Shown: positions 1-12,326 of the stretch, piece by piece | How positions within the stretch are numbered: position 1 is the stretch's first letter | Layout: the number at the start of each line of letters is the position of its first letter | Origin: Gemmatimonadota bacterium | GTDB taxonomy: Bacteria > Gemmatimonadota > Gemmatimonadetes > Longimicrobiales > Gaopeijiaceae | Length of the DNA stretch: 64,000 nt | Direction: 5' to 3' | Assembly: GCA_016873995.1 (NCBI GenBank) | Contig: VGVR01000012.1 | Location: 11,622-75,621 of the forward strand | Notes under the pieces: model-generated | What the model was told of the DNA's origin: nothing | The model's database searches: none | What the model saw: only the letters and a program-made list of their open reading frames with translations | Translations under genes and position numbers: made by a program

Positions 1-2321
1 CGGCGGATCCCCTCGCGCAGCTCGACCTTCGGCTCCCATCCCAGGACCGTGCGGGCCACGGTGATGTCCGGCTTACGCACCTTGGGGTCGTCGGCGGGGA
101 GCGGAAGTGAATCGATCGTGGACCGGCTCCCTGTCTCCTCCAGCACGACGTCAGCGAGCTCACGGATCGTGAACTCGTTCGGGTTGCCGATGTTCGTGGG
201 CTCCACACGATGCGAGTGGAAGAGCCGGTAGATGCCATCGACCTCGTCTTCGACGTAGCAGAACGAGCGCGTCTGGCTCCCATCCCCGTAAATCGTGAGA
301 GGATCCCCGCGCAGTGCCTGCACGATGAAGTTGGAGACAACGCGGCCGTCACCGGGGCGCATGCGGGGGCCGTAGGTGTTGTGCGCGAAGACGCCGTTGC
401 CTGCCAGGAAATTCTCCGCCCCGGGGACCGAGAAGTCGTACACGTACTCGGTCGGCTCGATCGCCTCGATCGAGTTGACCTGGGCCCATACGAGGTCGCC
501 GGTGCGACGGGCATTCAACGTCTGCTGCACGCCGCGGTCCCAACGCAGTATGTCGAAGTCAGAAACCTCACAGACGGTGACGCGGAAGAAGGGGAACTTG
601 CGGTCGCCGTAGCGGGCCTTGAACGTCGTCGCGTACCTACCGACCGACGCCACGATGCCGAACCGGAGCAGGACATAGGTGAGGTCGGTGGCCAGACCCT
701 CGCTCGTCGTGTTGAACGCGAGCTCCCGACACGCGGGATAGTTCGAGTGGGTCCCGTCACCCTCGCGGTACCCCTCCAGGAAGTGCTTCAAGCGTGAGAG
801 GGGCAGCTGGAAAATCCAAGGTGGGACTCGAATCTCCTTCGAGTACCCGGTCACCTTGAAGACATCCCGAAAGAGCGTCAGGAGCGCTTTTCCGTCGACA
901 TATAGGGACGGACCCCGCGTTGCGTTCGGCGCAAGGACCGTGGCCTCGACGCCCAGGCATCGCTCGAGAACGTTCGCCGCGCGTCCGACGACGTGCCCGT
1001 CGGAGCTGATGAGGAGGCGATATGTACCGCCGGCCTCCACGTGGCACCCTTCTGCGACGAACACACCGAGCAGCCACAGCAGCTCGTCACTCACCTCCAC
1101 ACGGTTCGGAATCGAGATCGAGCGGCCGGAGCCGTAGGTGCCGATCCGTACGTCCGAGGGCCAGCTCACCCCTCGGCGGCGTTGAAGCCTCGCCGCCACC
1201 CACAGTGGTACCTTCCCTACCTTCTTCCAGGCGCGCCACACGCAGCCGATCGTGTTGCGTCTTCGGGCACTCCCCGCATATCGGGCGCTGTCTTCCAGTT
1301 GCTCGAAGATGTCGTCTCGCCAGGCTTCCAGGACCTCCGAAATCCCCTCGCCCACGAGCTCCCAGTTCCAGAGGGACTCCTCGTCAGCCGAGCTGCGGAT
1401 CAGGTGGTCGGCGAGATCGACAGTGGGTCGATCCCGCTCCACCACCGGCAAGGCTCCGGGAATCGCGATGTCGTCACCGACGGTGAGGGAGCGGACGGGC
1501 ACCGCCTCGGGACGCCCGTCACGGTCCCGTCGGAACACGCTGTGGTCGCCCGTGACGCGAATGTGCCGCCCGTACCTCGCGCTCACTCGGTAGGCGTCCT
1601 TCGCGAATGAAGGATGTTTGATCAGCGCGTCCGCCTCGCGCAGCTCGACAGTGAGGGTGTCGGGGTTGAATGCGGGGACGCGCATGCTTCGATGCACCAC
1701 CAGCGCCTCGGACGTACGCGAGGCGAAGTAATCCTCCACGGGTTCGATGTGAGAGGTCTCGTCGTTGAACAGGAGCACCGTCTCGTCGGCCATGATGCTG
1801 TTGAAGATCCTTACGATGCGTGTATCCACTCCGTGGTATCTGTGGTACGCCATCGTCATCGCTTCGGCGAAGCGCTTCGCCTCGTCGTACACGCCCCGGA
1901 AGCCCACCGGGTTCACGTTCCCCCAGTACGACTCGGTCTGCGGGTGGACCAGCGGGTCACCATAGACCTCGGAGGTCGAGGCCAGCAGGAGTCGCGCCTT
2001 CTTCGCCAGCGCGATCCCCAGCGCGTTGTGCGTGCCGAGGCTCCCGACCTTGAGCGTCTGGATCGGCAGCTCGAGGTAGTCGACAGGGCTCGCGGGAGAG
2101 GCGAAGTGCAGCACGCCGTCGATGGCCTCGTCGAAATAGCACGGCTTCGAGATGTCGTGCTCGACGAAGCGAAAGCCGGGATACTTGTCGAGGATGCGGA
2201 CGTTGTCGCGCGAGCCGGTGATGTAGTTGTCGATCCCGATCACCTCGTGGCCGTCGCGCAGGAAACGCTCGGCGAGGTGCGACCCCAGGAACCCGGCAGC
2301 GCCGGTCAGCAGGACGCGCAC
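1..2321 (-). CDS. uxs: UDP-glucuronate decarboxylase-type extended SDR (UXS-like), intein-containing precursor; 3' end runs off the left window edge
   Basis: Manual minus-strand translation; the frame is absent from the ORF track because it has no stop inside the window. GTG start at 2321, one nt after the ugd stop. N-extein [16 protein letters not shown] (Rossmann), STSEVYGDP, catalytic YDEAKR, ends ...TRIVRIFN. C-extein [22 protein letters not shown]...[14 protein letters not shown]...[14 protein letters not shown]. The frame is open throughout. Confidence 0.85.
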   Translation of the reverse strand, partial: MRVLLTGAAGFLGSHLAERFLRDGHEVIGIDNYITGSRDNVRILDKYPGFRFVEHDISKPCYFDEAIDGVLHFASPASPVDYLELPIQTLKVGSLGTHNALGIALAKKARLLLASTSEVYGDPLVHPQTESYWGNVNPVGFRGVYDEAKRFAEAMTMAYHRYHGVDTRIVRIFNSIMADETVLLFNDETSHIEPVEDYFASRTSEALVVHRSMRVPAFNPDTLTVELREADALIKHPSFAKDAYRVSARYGRHIRVTGDHSVFRRDRDGRPEAVPVRSLTVGDDIAIPGALPVVERDRPTVDLADHLIRSSADEESLWNWELVGEGISEVLEAWRDDIFEQLEDSARYAGSARRRNTIGCVWRAWKKVGKVPLWVAARLQRRRGVSWPSDVRIGTYGSGRSISIPNRVEVSDELLWLLGVFVAEGCHVEAGGTYRLLISSDGHVVGRAANVLERCLGVEATVLAPNATRGPSLYVDGKALLTLFRDVFKVTGYSKEIRVPPWIFQLPLSRLKHFLEGYREGDGTHSNYPACRELAFNTTSEGLATDLTYVLLRFGIVASVGRYATTFKARYGDRKFPFFRVTVCEVSDFDILRWDRGVQQTLNARRTGDLVWAQVNSIEAIEPTEYVYDFSVPGAENFLAGNGVFAHNTYGPRMRPGDGRVVSNFIVQALRGDPLTIYGDGSQTRSFCYVEDEVDGIYRLFHSHRVEPTNIGNPNEFTIRELADVVLEETGSRSTIDSLPLPADDPKVRKPDITVARTVLGWEPKVELREGIR
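378..1799 (-). mobile_element. Intein (1422 nt, 474 aa) with a LAGLIDADG/DOD homing-endonuclease domain, inserted between Asn174 and Thr of the RIFN|TYGPRM motif
   Basis: Block [11 protein letters not shown] (Ser1, codon 1797-1799). Block [10 protein letters not shown] (His 1542-1544). LAGLIDADG motifs [13 protein letters not shown] (1044-1082) and [14 protein letters not shown] (750-791), 97 aa apart. Block F EYVYDFSV (426-449). Block [13 protein letters not shown] (last Asn 378-380), followed by Thr+1 (375-377). Length is a multiple of 3 with no stops. Confidence 0.9.
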
Positions 2322-2322
2322 G

Positions 2323-3654
2323 TCAGCGCCCCGCAGCGCCGGCGGGATACGCGGACGGTCGGCCGATCGAGTGGTACTCGAAACCCGCCTTCGCGACGTC
2401 GGCGGGATCGTAGAGGTTCCGTCCGTCGAAGATGACCGCGCTCGCCATCGTGGACCTCATGCGCTTGAAGTCCGGATTCCGGTAAGGGAGCCACTCCGTG
2501 TGGATCAGGAGCGCGTCGGCGCCGGCCAGCGCATCGTAGTTATTCGGCGTGTACGTGATCCGGTCGTCGAAGTGCCGGCGCGCCTCCTCCATCGCCACCG
2601 GGTCGTGCGCGGCCACCGTCGCGCCGGCCTCGAGCAGTCCCTCGATGGTCACGATGCTGGGCGCCTCGCGCATGTCGTCGGTGTTCGGCTTGAATGCGAG
2701 CCCCCAGATGGCGACTCGGCGGCCGGCGAGCTTGCCGCCGAGGCGGCTGGTCAGCCGCTCCAGCAGCGTCCGCTTCTGAGAGGCGTTGACACGCTCCACA
2801 GCCTGCAGGATAGACGCGTCGACTTTCATGTCCGTCATCGTCTTCACGAGGGCCTGGACGTCTTTCGGAAAGCAGCTGCCGCCGTAGCCAATCCCCGGAA
2901 ACAGGAAGCTCGGACCGATGCGCGCGTCGGAGCCCACACCCCGACGCACCGCGTCGATGTTCGCTCCGGCCTCCTCGCACAAACGGGCGATCGCGTTCAT
3001 GAAGCTGATGCGTGTCGCCAGCATCGAGTTCGCGGCGTACTTCGTGATCTCGGCGGAGGGCACGTCCATGATCAAGATCGAATGCCCCGTGCGCACGAAA
3101 GGAGCATACAGGTCCTTCAACACCTCCGCGGCATACTCGGAGTCGACGCCCAGCACGACGCGGTCGGGCTTCATGAAGTCGTCGACCGCCGCCCCCTCCT
3201 TCAAGAACTCCGGATTCGAGCAGACGTGGACCTTGTGCTTCGTCTCTTTTTCGACGGCCTCGCGCACCAGCTTCGCCGTGCCCACCGGAACCGTGCTCTT
3301 CGTGATGACGACCCTCTCGCCGTTCATGGATTGGCCGATCGTCTTCGCCACCGCGAGCACGTGCGAGAGGTCCGCCGAGCCGTCCTCGTCCGGCGGTGTT
3401 CCGACCGCGATGAAGATCACGTCGGACGCACGCACCGCGGCGGGCACGTCGGTCGTGAAGGTCAGCCGTTTCGCCGCGAGGTTGCTCTCGATGAGCGGCT
3501 CCAGCCCGGGCTCGTAGATCGGGACCTCACCGCCGTTCAGGCGGGCGATCTTCTTCGCGTCGATGTCCGTGCAGACGACGTCGTTCCCGGTCTCGGCGAG
3601 ACAGGCTCCCGCCACGAGGCCCACATATCCGGTTCCAATGACGGCAACTTTCAT
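2323..3654 (-). CDS. ugd: UDP-glucose 6-dehydrogenase
   Basis: 443-aa [20 protein letters not shown]-binding N-terminus and [10 protein letters not shown] catalytic-Cys motif, typical of the UDP-glucose/GDP-mannose dehydrogenase family. Confidence 0.93.
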   Translation of the reverse strand: MKVAVIGTGYVGLVAGACLAETGNDVVCTDIDAKKIARLNGGEVPIYEPGLEPLIESNLAAKRLTFTTDVPAAVRASDVIFIAVGTPPDEDGSADLSHVLAVAKTIGQSMNGERVVITKSTVPVGTAKLVREAVEKETKHKVHVCSNPEFLKEGAAVDDFMKPDRVVLGVDSEYAAEVLKDLYAPFVRTGHSILIMDVPSAEITKYAANSMLATRISFMNAIARLCEEAGANIDAVRRGVGSDARIGPSFLFPGIGYGGSCFPKDVQALVKTMTDMKVDASILQAVERVNASQKRTLLERLTSRLGGKLAGRRVAIWGLAFKPNTDDMREAPSIVTIEGLLEAGATVAAHDPVAMEEARRHFDDRITYTPNNYDALAGADALLIHTEWLPYRNPDFKRMRSTMASAVIFDGRNLYDPADVAKAGFEYHSIGRPSAYPAGAAGR

Positions 3655-3733
3655 TCAGGAATGGCTCGGTCCTCAGGTTGGATCGGTGCAGCGGGGAAGA
3701 TCGTGCAGGGGTGGCCGAATCGGCAGGGCCAGC

Positions 3734-4338
3734 CTACCGAGGCGCTCTGAACAGTTCCTCGGCCAGCGCGCCCGCTACTACACGGTAGGCCGGGGCGTAG
3801 GAGGCGGTAAATGATGTCGAGTGGTGGAGTGCCGGCAGGCCCTGCCTGACCATGTCTTCGACGAAGACGCCCCAGGTCGATGCGGGCCAACGGGCGGCGT
3901 CCACCTGCGGGGCAACCGCGGCGGCACACCGGAACCCGTCGACGCCCCCCCCCCGCACCGCCCCCGCCGTCGCGAGGAACGCGACCAGCAGGGCTTCCAC
4001 ATCTCCTCCGGCCGCGAGATACGGGCGCAGATGGACGCGCGCGACCTCACCGCCAGGGGCGATGGACTCGACCGTCTCTTCGAGGGTGCCCGGGCGCGGT
4101 GCCAGCGCAGCGATCTCGTCGGTCAGCCACGCCCGTGCCGACGCCAGGTCCGGCGCGGCATGCTCGCTGCCGAACACACCCTGATGGAGAAGCTTGTACG
4201 TGTCCTCGAACGTCATGAGCGGATAGCGCGCGGCGTGCGCAGCGATTACCTCTCGCCAGCCTTCGCGGTCACACGCGGCGGTTTGCGCCTCGAGTCCGGG
4301 GGTCGCCACGACCAGCGCGCAAAACGCGAGCACGCACT

Positions 4339-4342
<4 letters not shown>
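3734..4342 (-). CDS. Hypothetical secreted protein or lipoprotein (signal peptide; no recognised domain)
   Basis: 202-aa ORF. GTG start overlaps the uvrB stop as GTGA (4339-4342). N-terminus [20 protein letters not shown] is signal-peptide-like. Codon bias matches neighbours. Contains an in-frame G10 run. Confidence 0.5.
3945..3954. repeat. Homopolymer C10 (+ strand), equal to G10 on the coding strand, inside the CDS 3734-4342
   Basis: Direct read: gacg-cccccccccc-gcac. It encodes R-G-G-G (cgg ggg ggg ggc) in the minus-strand frame. Confidence 0.95.
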
Positions 4343-6327
<1,985 letters not shown>

Positions 6328-6336
6328 GGCTGCTAC

Positions 6337-7944
6337 CTACCGGCGCCGCCACCGAGCGTAGAGGCTCAGGTTCAGGTTGGTGAGGTCCCGCCCGTAGAAG
6401 TAGCGGTGATACTCGTGGGTGATGATGAACCCCGCGCCCAGGTCGAAGTCGCCGACGAAGTAGAGCGTGCTGGCGCCGAAGTTCAGCGAGACGTTGTGAC
6501 AGCAGTAGATCTGGTTGTTCGCGATCGCCCAAGCGTAGTAGGCGTCGTTGTCCTTCATCTGGCGCTCGACGTACACACCCGCCCTCCCCCACGGTGCGTA
6601 CAGGTCGGCCGCGAGGAACTGCGCGCCCCCTCCGGGCCCGATCCCCGCGCCGATCACCTGCCCCTCCTGCGTGTATCCCTGGGTGACGATGTGGTGAGCG
6701 TAGTAAGTGGGGTTCGCGCGGATCTCGTAGGTCGTCGACCGCTCCAGGTGCGTGAGCTCGCCCGTCAGGGCGAGGAGGCGGTCGCCCGTGAGCTCGTACG
6801 CCTTGCGAAGACCAAGCGTGTAGGCCTGGGAGTGCTCAGGCTCCAGGATGAAGTCACGGAAGGACCATGCGTGGTCGTTGCGGGCCCACTCCCCGTAAAC
6901 TTCGAAGCCGCTCTCGGGCAGCACCCACCGTGCGAAGAGCGAGAGCAGCTGGTCATGCTCGTCGTCGCCCGTCGGGTTCGAGGTGGAGCCCAGCGTCTTC
7001 TTGCGCAGCCCTCCGAGCACGGCGAAGTAGTCGCTGAAGGGCAAGCCGTCGTCCGGGATGTAGCCGTAGAACAGGCGGGTGAGCCCGAGCGAAAGGCCCT
7101 CCACGAAGTCGGGTGAGTACGTCCCCACCAGTCCGGTGACGAAGCGCCGCGTGTTGGCCACGTTCGGATCGAACCAGTCCGACTGCGTCAAGCGACCCCA
7201 GATCCAGCGCGCCTCGAACCCACCGATCCTCGTGTCGAGCTGGCCGTCCGTGCCCAAGAACGCGTGCGGGAACCCCGCCGCGTTGTTGCTCATGATGATG
7301 GGGTTCCGGGTGGCTGGCCCCCACCACTGGTTGGCGGTGCTGACGCCCAGGGTCGCGCCGCGCACGTCGAGCCGCAGCTCCGACTGCCCCGGATCCAGCG
7401 TCCAGAACGCGTCGGGTCCGAAGCGCTGTGGCAAGTCGATCACGCGCCAGGGATACGCGTAGACCGGCAGCCCAGTGACCGTCCCGACCCCCAGCTCGAA
7501 GCTCGCGTTCTGGTTGTGGACGAGCGCCGGATGGAGCATCAGCGAGAGCCCGCGCCAGGAGGCGCGGGCGCCAAAGTCCAAAGCGCTCGTTAGGCCCTTG
7601 CCCTGCGAGACGGCGCCGTCGTTCTGGCCGACCGGGTAGCTCGAGTTGAAGTAGGTGCGGAATCGGGGGTCGAGGAGCGTCACCCTCGGAGCGTCTGCAG
7701 CTCCCAGTGTCGTCCGCAGCTCCCGCGCGGCCCAAGACCGGTTGGAGGCCAGGATCGAAACGCGCGCAGAAGGGATCGGTCGCACCGTGAACGACCCCAG
7801 GTCCGCCTCCCCCAAGATCTGCAGAACGCGCAGGTAGTCCTCGAAGGGGTCGCCGATCGCCAGCGATTGGGCGGCGGCCTGCGCGACTGGCGTAAGGGCC
7901 AACAGCGCGGCCGCGAGGAACCCTCGACTCCGCGAGCTCCTCAT
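6337..7944 (-). CDS. Outer-membrane protein, capsule-assembly Wzi-like (tentative)
   Basis: Signal peptide MRSSRSRGFLAAALLALTPVAQAAAQ. Motif NQWWGPATRNPIIMSNNAAGFP resembles the Wzi WWGPG..S...SNNA signature. Beta-rich C-terminus ends in aromatic/basic residues. The ATG at 7944 overlaps the rel stop as ATGA; the track start at 7950 is a GTG. Confidence 0.6.
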   Translation of the reverse strand: MRSSRSRGFLAAALLALTPVAQAAAQSLAIGDPFEDYLRVLQILGEADLGSFTVRPIPSARVSILASNRSWAARELRTTLGAADAPRVTLLDPRFRTYFNSSYPVGQNDGAVSQGKGLTSALDFGARASWRGLSLMLHPALVHNQNASFELGVGTVTGLPVYAYPWRVIDLPQRFGPDAFWTLDPGQSELRLDVRGATLGVSTANQWWGPATRNPIIMSNNAAGFPHAFLGTDGQLDTRIGGFEARWIWGRLTQSDWFDPNVANTRRFVTGLVGTYSPDFVEGLSLGLTRLFYGYIPDDGLPFSDYFAVLGGLRKKTLGSTSNPTGDDEHDQLLSLFARWVLPESGFEVYGEWARNDHAWSFRDFILEPEHSQAYTLGLRKAYELTGDRLLALTGELTHLERSTTYEIRANPTYYAHHIVTQGYTQEGQVIGAGIGPGGGAQFLAADLYAPWGRAGVYVERQMKDNDAYYAWAIANNQIYCCHNVSLNFGASTLYFVGDFDLGAGFIITHEYHRYFYGRDLTNLNLSLYARWRRR

Positions 7945-10163
7945 ACCCACCCCAGCTCATCCTCGTCGAAGTGCTCCCGCCGCTGAACGTCGATGACGCC
8001 CTTCACCCGCCCGACGGCCCGTCGGATCTTCTCGAGGTGGGCCAGGTCGCGGACCTCGACGACGAACTCCCCATGCATGCCCCCCGCCGACGCCCGCATG
8101 TCGGCATGGGAGATGTCCGTACCCGTGTCCGAGATGGCCTGGGCGACGTCGGACAACAGCCCCCGTCGATCCGTGCCCTGCATGTAGAGCTTCACGAAGA
8201 AGCGATCCCCCTTCTCCGCCGCCCATTCGATCTCGATGCGTCGCTCTTGATCGCGCGCGAGCGCGAGGACGTTCGGGCAGTCATTGCGGTGGATCGAGAC
8301 ACCCCGCCCGCGGGTAATGTAGCCGATCACTGGATCGCCCGGGACCGGCTGGCAGCATCGCGAGTAGCGCACCATCAGGTTGTCCATCCCCTGGATACGC
8401 ACGCCTCGGCCAGACAACCGCAACTTGGCCGCTAGCTTGGCCAGGGGACCCGGCTCCCGCGGAGCCTCCTCGACGGGCTCGTGATCGGGGTGAAAGTGCT
8501 TGATGACTGCAGTCGGCCCGACGTCCCCCCGCCCGAGCGCTTCGTAAACGTGGTCGAAGTCCGGATGCCCCAGCGCCTCGGCACCCGTCCTGAGAGCCTC
8601 AGGAGCCTGCGGGAGGGTGCGGCGGACCCGCTTCAACTCTCGGTCGAGTAGCTCCTTGCCGAGGCGAATCGCGGCGGCCGCTTCCTCCCGCCGAAGCCAC
8701 TGGCGGATGTACTGGCGCGCCCGCGAAGTCTTAACGAACGCCAGCCAGTCGCGGCTCGGCCGCTGCTTCGGGTTCGTGATGATCTCGACCGAGTCGCCGT
8801 TCTTGAGCTCCCTGGAGAGCGGGGTCATCCGGCCGTTGATGCGCGCGCCGGCGCAGTGGTATCCAATCTGCGTGTGCACGGCGAACGCGAAGTCGATCGG
8901 CGTGGCGCCAACCGGAAGGGGCTTCACGTCTCCCTCGGGCGTAAACACGAAGATTTCGCCGCGGAAGAGATCCATGCGGAGGAATTCCATGAACTCCTCC
9001 GGCTCCTTCGTGTCCTTCTGCCACTCGATCACCTGTCGGAACCAGGAGAGCGCCTCGTCGGCCTCGTTCTCCGTGCGCCCGGAGTCTGCCTCCTTGTAGC
9101 GCCAGTGTGCTGCGATGCCGTGCTCCGCGGTGCGATGCATGTCCTCCGTGCGGATCTGGATCTCGTACCGCCTCCCGCCGGGCCCGAGCACGGTCGTGTG
9201 CAGCGAGCGGTACATGTTCGACTTCGGCGTGGCGATGTAGTCGTGGAAGCGCTCTGGGATCGGCGCCCAATGGCTGTGGATCACGCCGAGTGCCGCGTAG
9301 CAGTTCTGAACCGTGTCCGTGAGGACTCGCATCGCCATGAGATCATAGATCTCTTCGTACGGACGGCCGCGCCGCTCCATCTTCCGGTGGATCGACCAAA
9401 GGTGCTTGGGGCGTCCGCTCACGGCCGCGGGGATCCTAGCCGCCGTCAGCACCTCTTCGAGAGGGCGCTGCATCTCCAGGACCTCGCGCTCGCGACCCCG
9501 TCTCCGCTGCCGCACCTTCTTGCTCAGGTCTACGTACGACTCCGGCTCCAGGAACTTGAAGGCAAGGTCCTCGAGCTCCCAACGGATCGCAGCCATGCCG
9601 AGTCGGTGGGCGAGCGGCGCGTAGATCTCTCGCGTCTCGACGGCGATGCGCCGCCGCTTCTCCTCGGGGAGGTGCTCGAGCGTCCGCATGTTGTGCAGGC
9701 GATCGGCCAGCTTCACCAGGATGACGCGCGCATCGCTCGCCATCGACAGCAGCATCTTCCGGTAGTTCTCGACCTGCTGTTCGCTGGCCGAGCCGAACTC
9801 GACCCGTCCCATCTTCGTCACCCCGTCCACGATCGCGGCGACCTGCGGTCCGAACCGCCGCTCGATCTCTTTGACCGGGATGTCCGTGTCCTCGAGCGTG
9901 TCGTGGATCAGGCCGGCGACGATCGTGTCGGAGTCGAGCCTGAGGTTCGCCAGGATCGTCGCCACCTCGACCGTGTGGCTTACGTACTCGTCGCCCGACG
10001 CGCGCCTTTGCCCGGCGTGCGCCTCCGCCGCGAAGTCATACGCGCGGCGTATAGTGTCGACGTCCAGACGATCGGCGTAGCCCTCCAGTGCCCGCGCCAA
10101 CTCGCGAGGGAGGTCACGGATCGTGGGGGTCGACCGGGAAGAAGACGAGGTCGACATCGGCAT
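7941..10163 (-). CDS. rel: Bifunctional (p)ppGpp synthetase/hydrolase (RelA/SpoT homologue)
   Basis: 740 aa. HD hydrolase motif (HDTLEDT), RelA_SpoT synthetase region (YRSLHTTV), and TGS and ACT-like C-terminal regions. Confidence 0.95.
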   Translation of the reverse strand: MPMSTSSSSRSTPTIRDLPRELARALEGYADRLDVDTIRRAYDFAAEAHAGQRRASGDEYVSHTVEVATILANLRLDSDTIVAGLIHDTLEDTDIPVKEIERRFGPQVAAIVDGVTKMGRVEFGSASEQQVENYRKMLLSMASDARVILVKLADRLHNMRTLEHLPEEKRRRIAVETREIYAPLAHRLGMAAIRWELEDLAFKFLEPESYVDLSKKVRQRRRGREREVLEMQRPLEEVLTAARIPAAVSGRPKHLWSIHRKMERRGRPYEEIYDLMAMRVLTDTVQNCYAALGVIHSHWAPIPERFHDYIATPKSNMYRSLHTTVLGPGGRRYEIQIRTEDMHRTAEHGIAAHWRYKEADSGRTENEADEALSWFRQVIEWQKDTKEPEEFMEFLRMDLFRGEIFVFTPEGDVKPLPVGATPIDFAFAVHTQIGYHCAGARINGRMTPLSRELKNGDSVEIITNPKQRPSRDWLAFVKTSRARQYIRQWLRREEAAAAIRLGKELLDRELKRVRRTLPQAPEALRTGAEALGHPDFDHVYEALGRGDVGPTAVIKHFHPDHEPVEEAPREPGPLAKLAAKLRLSGRGVRIQGMDNLMVRYSRCCQPVPGDPVIGYITRGRGVSIHRNDCPNVLALARDQERRIEIEWAAEKGDRFFVKLYMQGTDRRGLLSDVAQAISDTGTDISHADMRASAGGMHGEFVVEVRDLAHLEKIRRAVGRVKGVIDVQRREHFDEDELGWV

Positions 10164-10238
10164 GACTGTGAATCTAGACTGCTTCGAGCGGCCAGGACCA
10201 GCACAGCCCCGCGAGAGATAGGCCGGCCGGCCTACGGC

Positions 10239-11207
10239 TCACGCCTGAGCGCCGACGCCCGTGCCCGCCGAAGTCCGGTCGTGTGCGCCCGAAAGGAACC
10301 ATCGGTACGTGGACTCGATTCCCGCGCGTAGGGGAATGCGCGCCTGCCATCCCAGCGACGCCATTCGGGATACATCCAGGAGCTTGCGTGGGGTTCCATC
10401 TGGCTTGGTGGCGTCATATTGGATCTTGCCGGGATAGCCCACGACGTCCTGGACCATCTCGGCGAGCTCGGCAATGGTGATATCCTGTCCCACGCCCACG
10501 TTCACGATGTCCCCGTCGTCCCAGACATTCATGAGGTGCACGCACGCGTCGGCGAGATCGTCGACATGGAGGAACTCCCGCCTCGGCTTGCCCGAGCCCC
10601 ACACCTGTACCGTGGGTCTGTGCTCCTCCTTGGCTTCATGGAACTTTCGGATCAGCGCTGGCAGCACGTGACTGGAATGTAGGTCGAAGTTGTCGCCCGG
10701 GCCGTAGAGGTTGGTCGGCATTGCGGCGATGAAGTTGCAGCCATACTGCCTCCTGTACCCCTGGCACATCTTGATCCCGGCGATCTTCGCGATCGCATAC
10801 GCTTCGTTCGTCGCCTCCAGCGGACCCGTCAGAAGAGCGTCCTCCCGTATCGGCTGCGGCGCCAGACGAGGATAGATGCACGAGCTCCCCAGGAAGAGGA
10901 GCTTGGACACACCGTTTCGGCGCGCGGCCTCGAGGACACTGATCTGGATGGACAGGTTCTCCCGGATGAAGTCGCCCGGGTACGAATCGTTCGCGAGGAT
11001 GCCCCCCACCTTCGCCGCAGCCAGGAAGACATACTCCGGACGTTGGCGGTCGAAGTAGGAGTCGACCATGCGAGCGTCCGTGAGATCGAGGGTCGATCGA
11101 TCCGCCGTGATCACCCGATACGCGTCGTCCTTCGAGAGTCGCCGAACGATCGCCGAGCCGACCAGACCTTTGTGTCCGGCGACGAAGACCGTACTGCCCG
11201 ACTTCAT
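10239..11207 (-). CDS. fcl: GDP-L-fucose synthase (GDP-4-keto-6-deoxymannose 3,5-epimerase/4-reductase)
   Basis: Start reset to [20 protein letters not shown] (ATG 11207, 2 nt after the gmd stop). The upstream 77 aa of the track ORF is an Arg/Pro-rich extension overlapping gmd. Motifs GSSCIYP and YAIAK. Confidence 0.9.
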   Translation of the reverse strand: MKSGSTVFVAGHKGLVGSAIVRRLSKDDAYRVITADRSTLDLTDARMVDSYFDRQRPEYVFLAAAKVGGILANDSYPGDFIRENLSIQISVLEAARRNGVSKLLFLGSSCIYPRLAPQPIREDALLTGPLEATNEAYAIAKIAGIKMCQGYRRQYGCNFIAAMPTNLYGPGDNFDLHSSHVLPALIRKFHEAKEEHRPTVQVWGSGKPRREFLHVDDLADACVHLMNVWDDGDIVNVGVGQDITIAELAEMVQDVVGYPGKIQYDATKPDGTPRKLLDVSRMASLGWQARIPLRAGIESTYRWFLSGAHDRTSAGTGVGAQA

Positions 11208-11209
11208 GG

Positions 11210-12256
11210 TCACGGCGATGCCAATCCCCGCTGGGCCAGTGCGTGGCCGTGGTCGGTCAGCATGCGCTCGCCTCTCGCAAGCTCCACGTCGTGGTCGACC
11301 ATCATGCGCACCAACGGCTCGAAGCCCACGCGCGGCTCCCAGCCGAGGGTCCGACGAATCTTGGAGGCGTCGCCGCAAAGGTGATCCACCTCTGTCGGGC
11401 GAACGTACCGAGGATCGAAGCGAACATAGTCCCGCCAATCCAGCTCGACGTGTCCGAAGGCGACGTCGAGCATCTCACGCACCGTGTAGGACTCGCCCGT
11501 AGCCACGACGAAATCGTCGGCGTCGTCTTGCTGGAGCATTAACCACATCGCCTCTACATAGTCGCCCGCAAAGCCCCAGTCGCGACGCGCATCGAGGTTA
11601 CCCAGGTACAGCGACTCCTGCAGCCCCAGGTAGATGCGGCCGACCGCGCGAGTGATCTTGCGACTCACAAACGTTTCCCCACGCCGAGGGGACTCGTGGT
11701 TGAAGAGGATCCCATTGCTGACCGGTATCCCGTACGCCTCGCGGTAGTTCACGGCAAACCAATGCGCGGCAACCTTGCTCACCGCGTACGGACTGCGGGG
11801 ATAGAAGAGCGTCTTCTCGCTCTGCGGTGGCGCAGATGCCCCGAACATCTCCGACGACCCCGCGTTGTAGACCTTCGTCCGGCGGCCCGTCCGACCATCG
11901 ATGTCCCTCACCGCCTCGAGCAAGCGCAGCGTTCCGCTGGCGTCGACATCGGCCGTGTAGAGCGGCTGATCGAACGAAACCCGCACATGGGACTGTGCGC
12001 CCAAGTGATAGATCTCATCCGGCTCCGTGGTCTCTATCACGCGCCGTAGGCTCGTGGCGTCTCCGAGCTCGCCATAGTGAAGGAACAGGTTGACGTGTTC
12101 CTTGTGGCGGTCCTCGTAGAGGTGGTCGATTCTGTCGGTATTGAACGACGATGCGCGCCGAATAATTCCGTGAACGGCATACCCCTTGGCCAAGAGGAAC
12201 TCCGTGAGATAGGAGCCATCCTGCCCGGTGATTCCAGTAACAAGCGCTCGCTTCAT
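11210..12256 (-). CDS. gmd: GDP-mannose 4,6-dehydratase
   Basis: 348 aa. [32 protein letters not shown]. Confidence 0.95.
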   Translation of the reverse strand: MKRALVTGITGQDGSYLTEFLLAKGYAVHGIIRRASSFNTDRIDHLYEDRHKEHVNLFLHYGELGDATSLRRVIETTEPDEIYHLGAQSHVRVSFDQPLYTADVDASGTLRLLEAVRDIDGRTGRRTKVYNAGSSEMFGASAPPQSEKTLFYPRSPYAVSKVAAHWFAVNYREAYGIPVSNGILFNHESPRRGETFVSRKITRAVGRIYLGLQESLYLGNLDARRDWGFAGDYVEAMWLMLQQDDADDFVVATGESYTVREMLDVAFGHVELDWRDYVRFDPRYVRPTEVDHLCGDASKIRRTLGWEPRVGFEPLVRMMVDHDVELARGERMLTDHGHALAQRGLASP

Positions 12257-12326
12257 GTTTCCTCAGTCAGGCAGGTCGCTGCGGATCGGGTCATGACTCG
12301 CAAAGGTCACTACGGCGCAGACTGTT

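Noticed and set aside
210-2435. Plus-strand ORFs 210-797 (195 aa), 993-1610 (205 aa) and 1614-2435 (273 aa), which cover the first 2.4 kb in the ORF track
   Set aside because: They are Arg/Gly/Val/His-rich with no recognisable motifs. They lie exactly antisense to a continuous minus-strand frame that encodes a textbook SDR plus intein. These are typical high-GC shadow ORFs.
2227-3750. 507-aa plus-strand ORF
   Set aside because: It is antisense to the strongly conserved ugd gene (2323-3654). Its composition is low-complexity Arg/Asp/His-rich.
10220-10233. Perfect 14-bp GC palindrome AGGCCGGCCGGCCT, 5 nt downstream of the fcl stop, considered as a terminator between fcl and rel
   Set aside because: It leaves essentially no loop and has no following U-tract on the minus strand. 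It could equally be a chance GC palindrome or restriction-type site. Not reported as a terminator.
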